DNA of 56,150 nt, counting the filler, from Trypethelium eluteriae (Eukaryota): NCBI GenBank assembly GCA_051942245.1. It is 2 parts of 2 records of this genome, joined end to end, with 100 filler letters (N's around TTAATTAATTAA, not from the genome) between each part and the next. Parts side by side here need not be neighbours in the genome. Positions count along the whole stretch, not along the records: positions 28,146 to 56,150 come from JAVECL010000319.1; 1 more part is not named here. One strand, 5' to 3'. The translations under genes and the position numbers were made by a program. Numbering within the stretch: the stretch's first letter is position 1; each line of letters starts with the position of its first letter. The notes under the pieces were generated by a model. The model did not search any database. It was not told the origin of the DNA and saw nothing but the letters and a program-made list of their open reading frames with translations. Of the stretch, positions 46,515 through 56,150 are shown one piece after another.

Positions 46515-49319
46515 CTTGCAAGGACTAGAATCCTGCTGAAGATCTTAGGTCAAATTCATCAGTTGAGGAATATCCAACTAAGGACAATTTAAAGAGCGAC
46601 GGATCCAAAATCAGGGGAAGTTGCCGCAAAGTCGGGGCAAGACAGAAGGGTCATGCTACGTTTTGCATTACTCTAGTCAACTAGGTCATGGATAGCTTCA
46701 TGCTTTTGAAGTAGTAAGCGCAATATCTGGATGGACTTGCCCACAAATAGTTCCCAGCCCAATGGAGACGAGTAGTAGATTCAATGTCCCGGGAGCAAAA
46801 AGCGTTCAAGTTCCAACAAAGATCTGACCTCCCATGTCAGCAAGCGAACAGCCACGGGGCAGCCAGGATATTAAAGAGGAAGACTTCATGCACCCATTGG
46901 TGGCACATTCGCTTGTCCGCCATTGTGGGGGGTGGTCTGCAGTAGGACTGCATGCCGTTACCATTAAGCCGGGGAGACGGGGGCTGAATCAAGCGTAAGA
47001 AGAGAATTAGTAACATTGGACCACAGAAGTGGGTAGCGTTAGCAGAAAGCTAGCAGAAAACCCCTCTATTGCCATTCGTCCTGCACGCTACACGAGAGGT
47101 CGCATGAACTGACGTACGAGATTTCTATGCAATAGGGCCACGAGCTCATACACCATCGCTGTCAGCCGCCAACGGGGAGGTCTCGGGCGTAACAGCGGCT
47201 GGATACTCATAGGCTACAAAAAGAAAAGCTCCTGCATAATGGGCCATTTTCAAGAAGGCTGCATTCAGATTCGTGCAGGTCGATAGACGAATACTTCAGC
47301 CCGGATCGTCTCTGAAGTCTTTGTCATAACCTGCAGCGGTGGTAGGTATGCTGAACTGTAACTGCGACCATCTCACCACCAACCGCTTCATCTAGTGCAT
47401 GGCTCAAGGAGGGCTTTTGATTGAGGGTGTTGTTGTGTCGGCTTGAAGCGAGACGCGCGAGGGAAGTACATGTACGTAATGACGCCACGATCCTACCTTA
47501 CGCAATAATCCAATGTTCTACGGCAGGATTTCACATCCATTAACGAGCCGGGCCGCTTGATCCTACAGTATGCCCGTCGTATCCACAAAAAGGAGTGTAT
47601 ATAATCAGCAATTATTACTTGATACGCAATATATATAGGCAGCCGCGGTCTCGAAGTTGACATTGTCCAAACTCCGTTAGCCTAATTGATATCAAACGCT
47701 ACCTACGTTCTCACGAAGCTTCTGGGCAAGCATTACGCAGCCTACCATTTCAGACATTCCCCAATATGCTTGAAATCCACGGCAATGCTTTCTTTCAGAA
47801 GAAGATGTGCAAGCAAAGTGCCGTGCGCCACTTTCTATTGATACCATGCAGCATTCCAACCCCATGGGAACTTTGACGAGGAGCGCCCAAAGCTCGCGAT
47901 TGAGAAAGTCATCTCGACGAACAGGTGATATCGATGTTCTCAACACACACTCGATTCTTCCGAGAAGACGTTGTCGAAAGTACGGGAGCAAGCTGCACTG
48001 CCCCATATCTCCAAGCCTTGCGTTCAGCAGCTCGAGCATTCAGAGGATCCAGGATTTCCTACATTCGAGTATCGAAGGTAGAAGTATTCGATAAGTCAGG
48101 CTTCTTATTCTCAAGATTCGATATTCTGAGCGCTCGAGCGTAGAGTCCACAGGCACTTGAAAATCCAAGCTTTAATCCGGATATTGCCATTTCAATCGCG
48201 GAGGTATTGCGACTTCTGTGTAAGAAGCATTGGTTATTGCTTTGGGTTTTGCACAGCTGTCTGGTTACGTGCGTAACAAAGGAACTCAGACATCCTTCTG
48301 TTTCCTTTTGGTCTATCATCTGAATGGATGATCCTGCCTATTCTTCCGTACAGGTCTTCAGGGCTTGCCGGCTTACCATTCTGGCGCTTGGCTTTGAACT
48401 TTCTTAAATGTCTCACTCACACGGCAGAGACTGATTAGGGCTGTATCTTCCAACCTTATCAGGCGCTCTTCGCGCGACAGCCTTGCTCTTAACTTGATAC
48501 ATGTTAGCAAAGCTGTTCACGGTTCGTATGCCTGCATCATCGCGGGTCTCGCCGAGTCGACCCAGGAAAGCCCATCCAGGCTAAATGGTGGTATCTCGTC
48601 CAAGCTAACGGAGCATACAAGTAGCAGGAGACGTCGTCATGGGACGAGCACCTATGTGAAGCTTGGCAATGGTAGAGTTCTTTCGTCGGATGAACGAAGA
48701 TGACCAAGGCGACCGGCAATGCATGTTTCGGAAGGGGACAGGCATGCATTGATATGAAAATCGACCTAGCGGTTAAGGTGGTCGAGAATGGGTCGGGTTG
48801 GGTCCGAGAAGAGTAAAAGGTGCTCCTTCCCGGATGGCACCATCCGCTCCCCGCTCCAATGAAAGCGCGTGCTGTCAGCCTCGTAGGGTTGCTGCTGCGT
48901 TGGCTCGTGCTACTGGAGTGGGGTGATTCCATGCTTGGCTCGAAGATGCGGTGAATCCGCTTGGATTTCCCCGCCGCTGTGTGCGTTTCTAGCCCACGGC
49001 TGCCTGATTTTGTGCGGCCTCTCGTGGGTTTGACGATGATTCAGAGGGGCAACTCACCGATGGCCTAGAGTATGCGTCAAGCTTCGTAGACAATGGCCAG
49101 ACTGTTAGGTTGTGTTCCGTACAGCTGCTTTGATTAGTAGTATATATCACAGGTTGGTGCCTTTCAGCCTCGTCTTCCGTTCTTCCTTCCGTCCTTTTCT
49201 GCCTTATCGCTACACCATTCGTACTCGCGACGTCATCTCTTGCGACAGGCTTTCTCTCCTTCCGAGCGGATTGGACCTCAAATAGCCTTTCATTGTCTTG
49301 ATCGGAAATCTATTCGACG

Positions 49320-49889
49320 ATGCCGCGCTCAAGCTATCCTCCTGCACCACCACGAACCATCACAACTACCTCGACGACCTCTACAAGCTCAGCCTCATCG
49401 ACAACTCCATTCTCCCCACGATCGCACGCTGGACCACAAACGTCCTACTTCTCGCCCGTCTCTCCGGCCTCCTCATTTTCCTCCACAGCCTCGCCTGCCT
49501 CTCCAGCCTCGCCCGGGGAGCGCTCTTTCTTCGGCGCCCTCGCCCAATCCGTCCGCTCGCGCTCTCGCTCTCGCAATCGTCGCTCTCGAAGCCGATCGCC
49601 GGCTCCTCCAACAGCCGCAACTTCCGCCGCTCCCTCTTCTGCATTGCCATCTCCTTCTACAATTCGGCCGAGAGTTTCGTCACGGCCCAGCAGCAGTCGA
49701 ACAGTACCGGCGACGTCAGCGGGAACCCAGTCGAAACCGCATGGCAGGGGAAGCAGTTATGGGAGCTTGAACAGTCCGACAGGAACGATGCAGGTGGCGC
49801 AGTGTGGACGACATAGCAACGATTGGTTGTTTGGGGGATTTAGTGTTACGGGGACGGTGAAGAGGGTGATTGAGAGACGAGAAAATTGA
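49320..49889 (+). CDS. Small Ser/Arg-rich protein with a C-terminal CGRHSNDWLFGG motif
   Basis: ATG-initiated 189-aa ORF downstream of a TATA-like tatatat (about 49141) and a CT-rich leader. Low-complexity body ending in an ordered motif. Confidence 0.7.
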   Translation: MPRSSYPPAPPRTITTTSTTSTSSASSTTPFSPRSHAGPQTSYFSPVSPASSFSSTASPASPASPGERSFFGALAQSVRSRSRSRNRRSRSRSPAPPTAATSAAPSSALPSPSTIRPRVSSRPSSSRTVPATSAGTQSKPHGRGSSYGSLNSPTGTMQVAQCGRHSNDWLFGGFSVTGTVKRVIERREN

Positions 49890-50795
49890 CAACAGAAATC
49901 CGCAGGATGTTCAGGAAATAGGAGGATGAGACAGTGCGCCTGCCGGCAAATTGGCTGCATGCTTGGCGGGCTCAGCATGAAGATTCTGGATTGCCTAATG
50001 GTGTAGGAGAAAGCAATGAGGACAAATGACCATGAGTCACGGCCGGACCGAATGATGGAGGATAGCATGGAGCATTTGAAATTGTTTCGACTTGGCGACT
50101 GGCGAGCGAGGAACTGCATTGCGCGAGAGATACCACAGTTTTCATTTCAATCTTGTTAACATTTCGTAATGGTATTCCAACCTTTCAACCTCTCATTCGA
50201 AAACTACTTCTCAACCTGCTACATCTGTGACCATGACACTGAATGCCTGGGTATAAGACCATCTGCTTGCCTTAGCCCCTCTTCGAGTGCTGTAGTACGA
50301 TAATTGACCACTTCATCAAGTCGGCAAATCTCGCCATGACGCGCAGCTGTCGTTGGACAATGGATGATCTTCTCCTCCTTCCCCCACCCCCGTGTTGTTA
50401 TTGCAACGGCGTTTTGAAGCCTAGCTCTGCGTACCCTTTGACGCGTTCGATTAGCTGTTCCTTCCGCAAGGACTATATCACTCATGAGTTGAGTCGACAT
50501 GCGTCTCCAATTCTCTAAATTTCGGCTCGATCTGGAGCCCTGGACCAACCCATTTTCGAGAATGGAAGTTGTCCAGCGGCGAAGCTCTCGAGAACGTCCA
50601 CTTCAGCAAAATCGGCTATACAAATCTTCACTCAGCCTCAGGCCATCCTCGTTGCGACCTTGCTATTGGTATACACAAGCCATCATGAATGCCTTGGCAG
50701 AGGCACCATATGCTTTCCTACTTCATCGCTATCCAAAATCGACGGAGGAAATGGCAGCTCGTAACTCTTGTTTCAATAACGACCGTTCTCCTTTT

Positions 50796-51475
50796 TCATA
50801 GATATTTCTTCGCCGCTGCGGCCACCCTCGCCCTGAACACCGGACTCTTGACCGGGGCATTCAGTCCATAGAACGGATTCATCAGATTTTTGACCCATGC
50901 ATCATAAATCTCAACCATAAACTGGCGCACAGCCTCCTCGGCAGCTGGCGATGTAGGATTTGAGGCTACGCTTGAGCTATTCGTACGCGAGCTAGCGCCG
51001 AGGCTTGCAGTGGAGAGGCGTGAGGTGGATGCCGAGGGAGGGTTTGGTTGTGAGGAGAGGGAAGCGTGGGTGTTTGGAGCAGAAGGATCGGGGTTGTGGA
51101 GGAGGAGGAACTTGATGTTGCCGCCAGTGAGGAAGCAGGAGATGTAGTTGTTATAGAAGCGATCGATATGCTTGAGATACCTGAATTGATTAGCCATAAA
51201 GACTATAGCATTCTCGTAAAAACTTTCGACACGGTGTATCTGACGTGCTCGTGTGTTAAGTAGAACATAAAATTAGACGAGAACGCTTACATCTGGCCGC
51301 TGCCCCATTGGACTTCCTCAACTATATCCAAGCTACTGTGAACGATGAATTGGTTCATATGTCTTGCTTCTTCCCTAAAGCGTGCAATGCCATCTCCTCC
51401 TTGCTTGGAGGTACCGAATTCATGCTCGAAGAGCGGGTTATCCTTCGTGCCGACAATCGCGAAATAGTAGGACAT
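50796..51475 (-). CDS. TRS20: TRAPP complex subunit Trs20 (Sedlin), 2 exons
   Basis: MSYYFAIVGTKDNPLFEHEFGT...MNQFIVHSSLDIVEEVQW...M/YLKHIDRF...FLTGGNIKFLLLH...MNPFY...AAKKYL*. Confidence 0.93.
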
Positions 51476-51757
51476 TTCCAAGGATTGCAACCTCTTAATG
51501 AAGATTTTATAGCAGTTTAAGAAGAACCCATTCTTGGGTAACAAGCATCTGGAGAATAGGTTTTACGCAGTTCGTATGCGTGTTTGAGAGATATTTAAAA
51601 AGAGGAAGGTGCCGACGTTCCCGACTGGTGGCACAGCGTTTGGCTCACGGCTCAATTTGCATTGCCCAAAAGGCCGCTGCCTTTAGCGGATGAGTTTGGG
51701 ACGCGACGTCAAATGGGTTTACTGGTGAGCTAATCATAGTCCACCGCTAAAGAAACT

Positions 51758-52920
51758 TCAACCGTCATAAGCAGCTAAACTATAATCCAATATCGGTCCA
51801 TCCTTCACTTCGTCAAATATCTCAAATCCAATATGTCCTTTCGGATCCAGGAATCGTATTGCCCACTTCAAATTCGCCAAACCAGTGATCAGGTCCATGT
51901 CCTCGCCGCTGCCCAATCTAGAAAGGTCTCTGTTTTTAACCAAACGCTCCTCCCTCAACTGTTTTCGGGTTTGTCGAAGTTCCTCACTGAACCGCCTATG
52001 ACAGCAACATTCGTGCTGATGTCTTCCTTTCAGTGGTAGCAATCCTAGCAATCTGCATCAAGCACTTGGTTAGCATTTACAGTCTTCCTCATCGAAACAG
52101 CTGGTATCACAGAATCCTTCCGTCTGGATCAAGAAGTGGGCCTGAAAGATTTGCATTGGGATTGACGACTGCGATTGGCCTGCCTCCGAAAGGCTGGTAC
52201 GCCATTACATGGATACCCTCACGCTGATAATACTCCAGAAGGTCCAGCTGAGGCAAGTACCTAACCCTCAAGACTCGGGTCAATCCTGGAACTTTGTCCC
52301 ACTACCTGTACGGAGGCATCTCAATTTGATTGACGGCAGGTTGAATCCTTGCAGTTTCGGCCACTCGCTTTGTCTTAAGTATGTTGAAGTTTGAGAGGCC
52401 TACCACAAGGTAAGAAGAAGCTCTTGGACAGGTGATTTTATCTTCTAGCAACCTCACTGATCGATTTTTTCTTGCCCTTTTCAAAGAGTCTTTTCATTGC
52501 TGTCCAAGTTTGAGCGTACCTTCTTGAAAGGTCACGGTCGATGACAGGCTGCATATGAGATGTCAATTTCGATCCGAATGCAGTCAATCTTGGAAAACGG
52601 CATCTACCTTTCCATCAGGATGACGTAGCGTAGTGTGGTTAGTACCAGTGGAATAAGCATGTGGAACTTTACACACGTCAGTCACTTTTCAATACTGTTG
52701 AGGATCATCTGCTCGAAGCAGTGGTCCGTACAACGGATTAGGTAGAGGTCCACTGAAAATCAGACAGCCAAATGGTGAGTCAATCTTGCAGCTACCTGAA
52801 GATTCTGATTAGCTAACTTACCGTATTGGAGCTGTAGCAATGAAAGACTTCGATCAAGCGCTTCCTCAACATCGGACGGGTCATGCCAAGTCTCTGCTCT
52901 GCACCAAGTTCGAGTAGAGT
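51758..52920 (-). pseudogene. Aldo-keto reductase pseudogene (5'-truncated, in-frame stops, damaged splice sites)
   Basis: TWHDPSDVEEALDRSLSLLQLQY/VDLYLI, GLSNFNILKT, PAVNQIEMP, IHVMAYQPFGG, then LLS*AVQ*G with TAG at 51996-51998 and TGA at 51984-51986 where W and R are expected, followed by a frameshift. No N-terminal exons were found. Confidence 0.8.
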
Positions 52921-53052
52921 GGAATATCTGCGCAAGTAAGAGAATGGGTTCAACAATTTTGTAGTATCAAAGTCTTAGTAACACAGTCTTGCTTGCGGCA
53001 TCGGAATTGTGGAAAGAAGTTCTGCAGCATGCCGATTTCTTGTCTAAACCTT

Positions 53053-54393
53053 TCACAACACTTGCTTATTCTTCTCTTTCCGGCTCAGTTCCAACGACGT
53101 CATACCGGCATTTTCACTATATGACTCGTAGCCCCCAGGAAACTTGGCTACGAGTCTTTTCATCTCATCTGTGCATCTTGCAAACATGTTAAAAGAAATA
53201 TCCGTCATGATTAAAAGAAGACTTACATTGTCCTGAGATTTGTCGATTTGGGAAACAACGCTGCTGCTTGCAGATTGAATCTCCTTTATTCATTAGCCCC
53301 ATTACTAAGCTCGACAAACAATCGCTTACATGCTGTACAGTGCGTTGCGGTCGTCATAATCTTTTACAGGCTCGGCCCTTGGTATGTGCGTATGGTATGC
53401 ATCGATATAGCTGCGCGAGAATTTGTTGCGTTTAGGGCGCCAGTTGCCGAGTTCATCTGCAACGTGTCAGTCATCATACCACGAGCAAAAGCATGTGCCA
53501 TTACACTCGTTATGCGCGTAAAAGCTGGATGGGTCATATATCAATGGAAGATTGGTCTGCCTGTCGACAGCGACGTTTCCATACCAAAGATCCCCATGGA
53601 TCAGAGCCGGTTTGACACTGCGCCCCCTAGTTTCCAAGGGTCTCAGTAGTCTCGGAATCACCTTCTCCAACATGTTCGATTTGAGGGACTCCATTTCCTT
53701 CCATGGGCCACCTCGCTTTACGTTCATATTCAGCATATGCTCAAATCCGTTTTTGAAGCATTCCTCCCAAGTATTGGTGTAACTGTTTTCCTGCGGAAGA
53801 TTTCCATTGTAAGTCACCGCGTGGAAGCCGAATTTCCCATTTGGAGAGACACTGTTTGCGTGCAAGGCAGCGACTTTTGCACAAAAATCTTCTGGCTTAG
53901 GCACCTTTTCATTAAGGTCATAGAACTTGCATAAGTAGTAGTGTGTATTGGGGATCCTCTTGAAGGATCCCCATGCAATCGGCTTCGGGGCAAAGTCACC
54001 AACGACGGCGTAAATGGCGGAAGTGGAATCGAACTCGCCCTTCAATGCTTCTTTTCCATGATCACCAGTCGAGACCTATTACAGAGTGAGTAGAAGTTTT
54101 CCGTCGATCAGAATGCGAATCCCGCTCTCGACTCTCGCAGTGGGGCACCTTCACCTTCATGAAAAAGCTCTCCTTATCACCATTCTTACTTCTTGTGTCG
54201 ATCCTGTAGCTACGAGCCCACGGCGACGACCTATGGCTGACTACTTTACAAGGTCGCTGGAACAGAGGGATCTCTTTTGAAGTAAGGCAATCAGCGATGT
54301 CACTATGTCGTAGTAGCAAAGCGTACCTCCAAGTATATCGGCATTGGCAATAGCTTCTTCGCCAACTGCTTTGTGTTCCATCGAAGGATTCAT
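53053..54393 (-). CDS. Fructosamine-3-kinase / ketosamine kinase family protein, 6 exons, apparently intact
   Basis: ESFFMK/VSTG..GEF, PKPIAWG, LH..SVSPNGKFGFHAVTYNG, VIPRLLRPLE, KPALIHGDLWYGN, YDPSSFYAHNE/YELGNW, DDRNALY and EMKRLVAKFP. Splicing keeps the frame open. Confidence 0.85.
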
Positions 54394-54617
54394 GCTTCAA
54401 AGTGTTTGGTGAGTGATGCCGTTCAGCACAATAGAGTGGGGAAAATGACTGGATTGAACCTATCTAGGTGGCCTGGGGTGCAGGCTCTACATAAGCCTCA
54501 TTCGATGTGAGGGTGAATGAAGGACTCGAAGGATCTGCACATGAACCTGCGCGGGGGGTGTGGTGAATGCCTGACTGAGGCTAGGTTGATTTGATCAACG
54601 TCGTCATCATCATCACA
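54393..54617 (-). repeat. LTR copy 1 (3' LTR; left boundary approximate)
   Basis: Begins TGTGATGATG right after the polypurine tract and is colinear with 55561-55786 (gattgaac.tatct.ggtggc.tg.ggt..aggctct...tcgatgtgag...tcgaaggatc...ggtgtggtgaa...gatcaac.tc.tcatca). Confidence 0.78.
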
Positions 54618-55560
54618 CCCCCTAAATCAATATAGCCTTATCGGGAGAGGCTCTATCCCTTCTCGATATTCACCATGTCTAGCTGCTTCACAAACCACTC
54701 GAGGGTTAGCTTGTCCAAAGGCTTTTTGAACCTTTCTGCCACTTGTTCTTTGTTGTTGATCTGGTGTAGTACCACCTTTTGATCCTGAATTTCCTGCTTT
54801 ATACTGTATGCCATTTAATATTCGTGTCTTTGTTCAGTTTTTGACTTTGTTGTGCTTTGAGAACTTGATAGTAGGAAGGATTTTTCTGTGTATAACTGTA
54901 GGTTTATGTGGTTTTTGTTTGAGTTTGTTGAGGAGTTTCTTAACACTAAGTACTCTCTTGAAATACATTCCAGGGCGATATTTTGAGCTTTAGCAGTTGA
55001 ATCTATACCAAGAAGTTGCTTAAAGCTTTTTCAAGAAATCACTTCTCCACCAAGCTTTATTATATAGCCGCGTACCAAATTTTTATCTGTTATACTACCT
55101 ACCCAATCAGAGTTATAGTATAATATTAAGTTACGTCAATATCCAGATATATTAACATCACCTTTATCTTTCCCAAACAGATTTTTAAGAAGGCTATTTT
55201 AAGCAGGCACTTCAAAGTATACTCCAAAGTATTGATATACTCCGAGCCGAGGCTGTTGGTGAACTATAAAAGGATACCACAGGCCAAAGCTCTATTAAGA
55301 CGTGAGATATGGTTGGCAGACGCTGGAGATCCTAATACAGCTTAATATCTATCCATTACATTCTCTGACACTTTCCCCCCATAGGGATTAAAGTTCTTGA
55401 TCGATAGGGATGTAGAACTCTTTTCCAATCAAGCGATAATATTCTTAATATCACCAACTAGTCTACGTGTCTTGCCTATGAGTAGGAGGTCGTCAAAATA
55501 GACGATGACGATCCCTCTTACGCTTCCATTAAAACACATGGGTCGGAGGTCAGTGAGATA

Positions 55561-55786
55561 TGTTCAATCCGCTTTATAAAGTTCATATTGTTCAGCATGA
55601 TGGATTAGTGAAAAGGACTCGATTGAACGTATCTTGGTGGCTTGAGGTATAGGCTCTCTATAGACCTCATCGATGTGAGCATCAATGAGGGATTCGAAGG
55701 ATCCGCGCGTGAAGCTGCGCATGAGGTGTGGTGAACCTATATGTAAGGCTAAATTGATTGGATCAACATCATCATCAAAATCAGCA
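55561..55786 (-). repeat. LTR copy 2 (solo LTR nested in the RT remnant)
   Basis: TG...CA bounded, 226 nt, homologous to copy 1, and sits between consecutive RT motifs. Confidence 0.75.
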
Positions 55787-55949
55787 AAAGTCAAGTAGAC
55801 GACGAAGCCAAAGGTGCCCGTATCATGCCATACTCTACAGCCCCTTTCTTAACAAGCAAACTTTGCGTTCCTCTTTACAATCATACGGGAACTCTACGCA
55901 GATGTATTCATGACCCACATCCGCATTTAGAGAGTCAGTAACAAGGTCT

Positions 55950-56150
55950 ATTTGATCACACTTTGATGTTGTAACAAACAACTGAATCGGAGGAAAGAAC
56001 TCAATTGATCTATCTAGGTCGCCCGAGGTGCAGGCTGCTATATAGACCTCCCTATCTAGGTGAGGGCGAAGGGAAATGAACTAATAGCTACAGGGCGTAA
56101 GGATCTACATGAAGGGATCCGAGCGCGCGTGAGATGTGGTAAACACCACC
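55950..56150 (-). repeat. LTR copy 3 (more diverged, runs off the window)
   Basis: attgatctatctaggtcgcccgaggtgcaggctgctatatagacctc...gaagggatccgagcgcgcgtgagatgtggtaaa aligns by eye with copies 1 and 2. Confidence 0.68.

Larger units (their letters stand above)
54393..56150 (-). mobile_element. Decayed Ty1/copia LTR retrotransposon (RT and RNase H remnants, polypurine tract, LTR copies)
   Basis: Minus-strand remnants KVCLLRKGL*SMA*YGHLW, SDPCVF..IVIVYFDDLLLIG (YVDD), YNSDWVG, GYIIKLGGEVIS*KSFKQ..STAKAQNIAL, NIKWH and EQVAERFKKPL. RT precedes RNase H, then AGGGGG (54623-54618) directly before the TG of the LTR. Confidence 0.88.

Noticed and set aside
47692..48416. Cluster of short minus-strand ORFs in the long intergenic region
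   Set aside because: No recognisable domain or consistent splice path. A degraded gene cannot be excluded but is unsupported.
55564..55794. 76-aa minus-strand ORF
   Set aside because: It coincides with LTR copy 2 and has a non-ATG start.

Overview
Intron-rich, gene-dense genomic DNA from a filamentous ascomycete, judged from GT-AG introns with CTRAY branch points and from Zn2Cys6, HET and PTH11-like genes. It holds about 25 protein genes, mostly housekeeping, transport and detoxification, plus an aldo-keto reductase pseudogene and a probable NLR-type N-terminal-domain relic. An artificial 100-nt scaffold linker lies at 28046-28145, and a decayed Ty1/copia retroelement with three LTR copies fills the right end. 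The standout is a complete tRNA-Arg(CCU) gene on the minus strand (22915-23037). It has no canonical anticodon-loop intron. Instead its D-loop is split by a 51-nt insert with spliceosomal signals (GTAAGC...CTGAT/CTAAA...pyrimidines-CAG), and removing exactly GT..AG restores a 72-nt cloverleaf followed by a T12 Pol III terminator. Secondary leads are a divergent HET / multi-pass membrane protein pair, a large repeat protein with a possible Cys-His-Gln (Cif/papain-like) C-terminal domain, and an LTR abutting the start codon of an intact fructosamine-kinase gene. All product calls come from motif recognition by eye, with no database searches. Exon boundaries were read manually and some gene ends are approximate.
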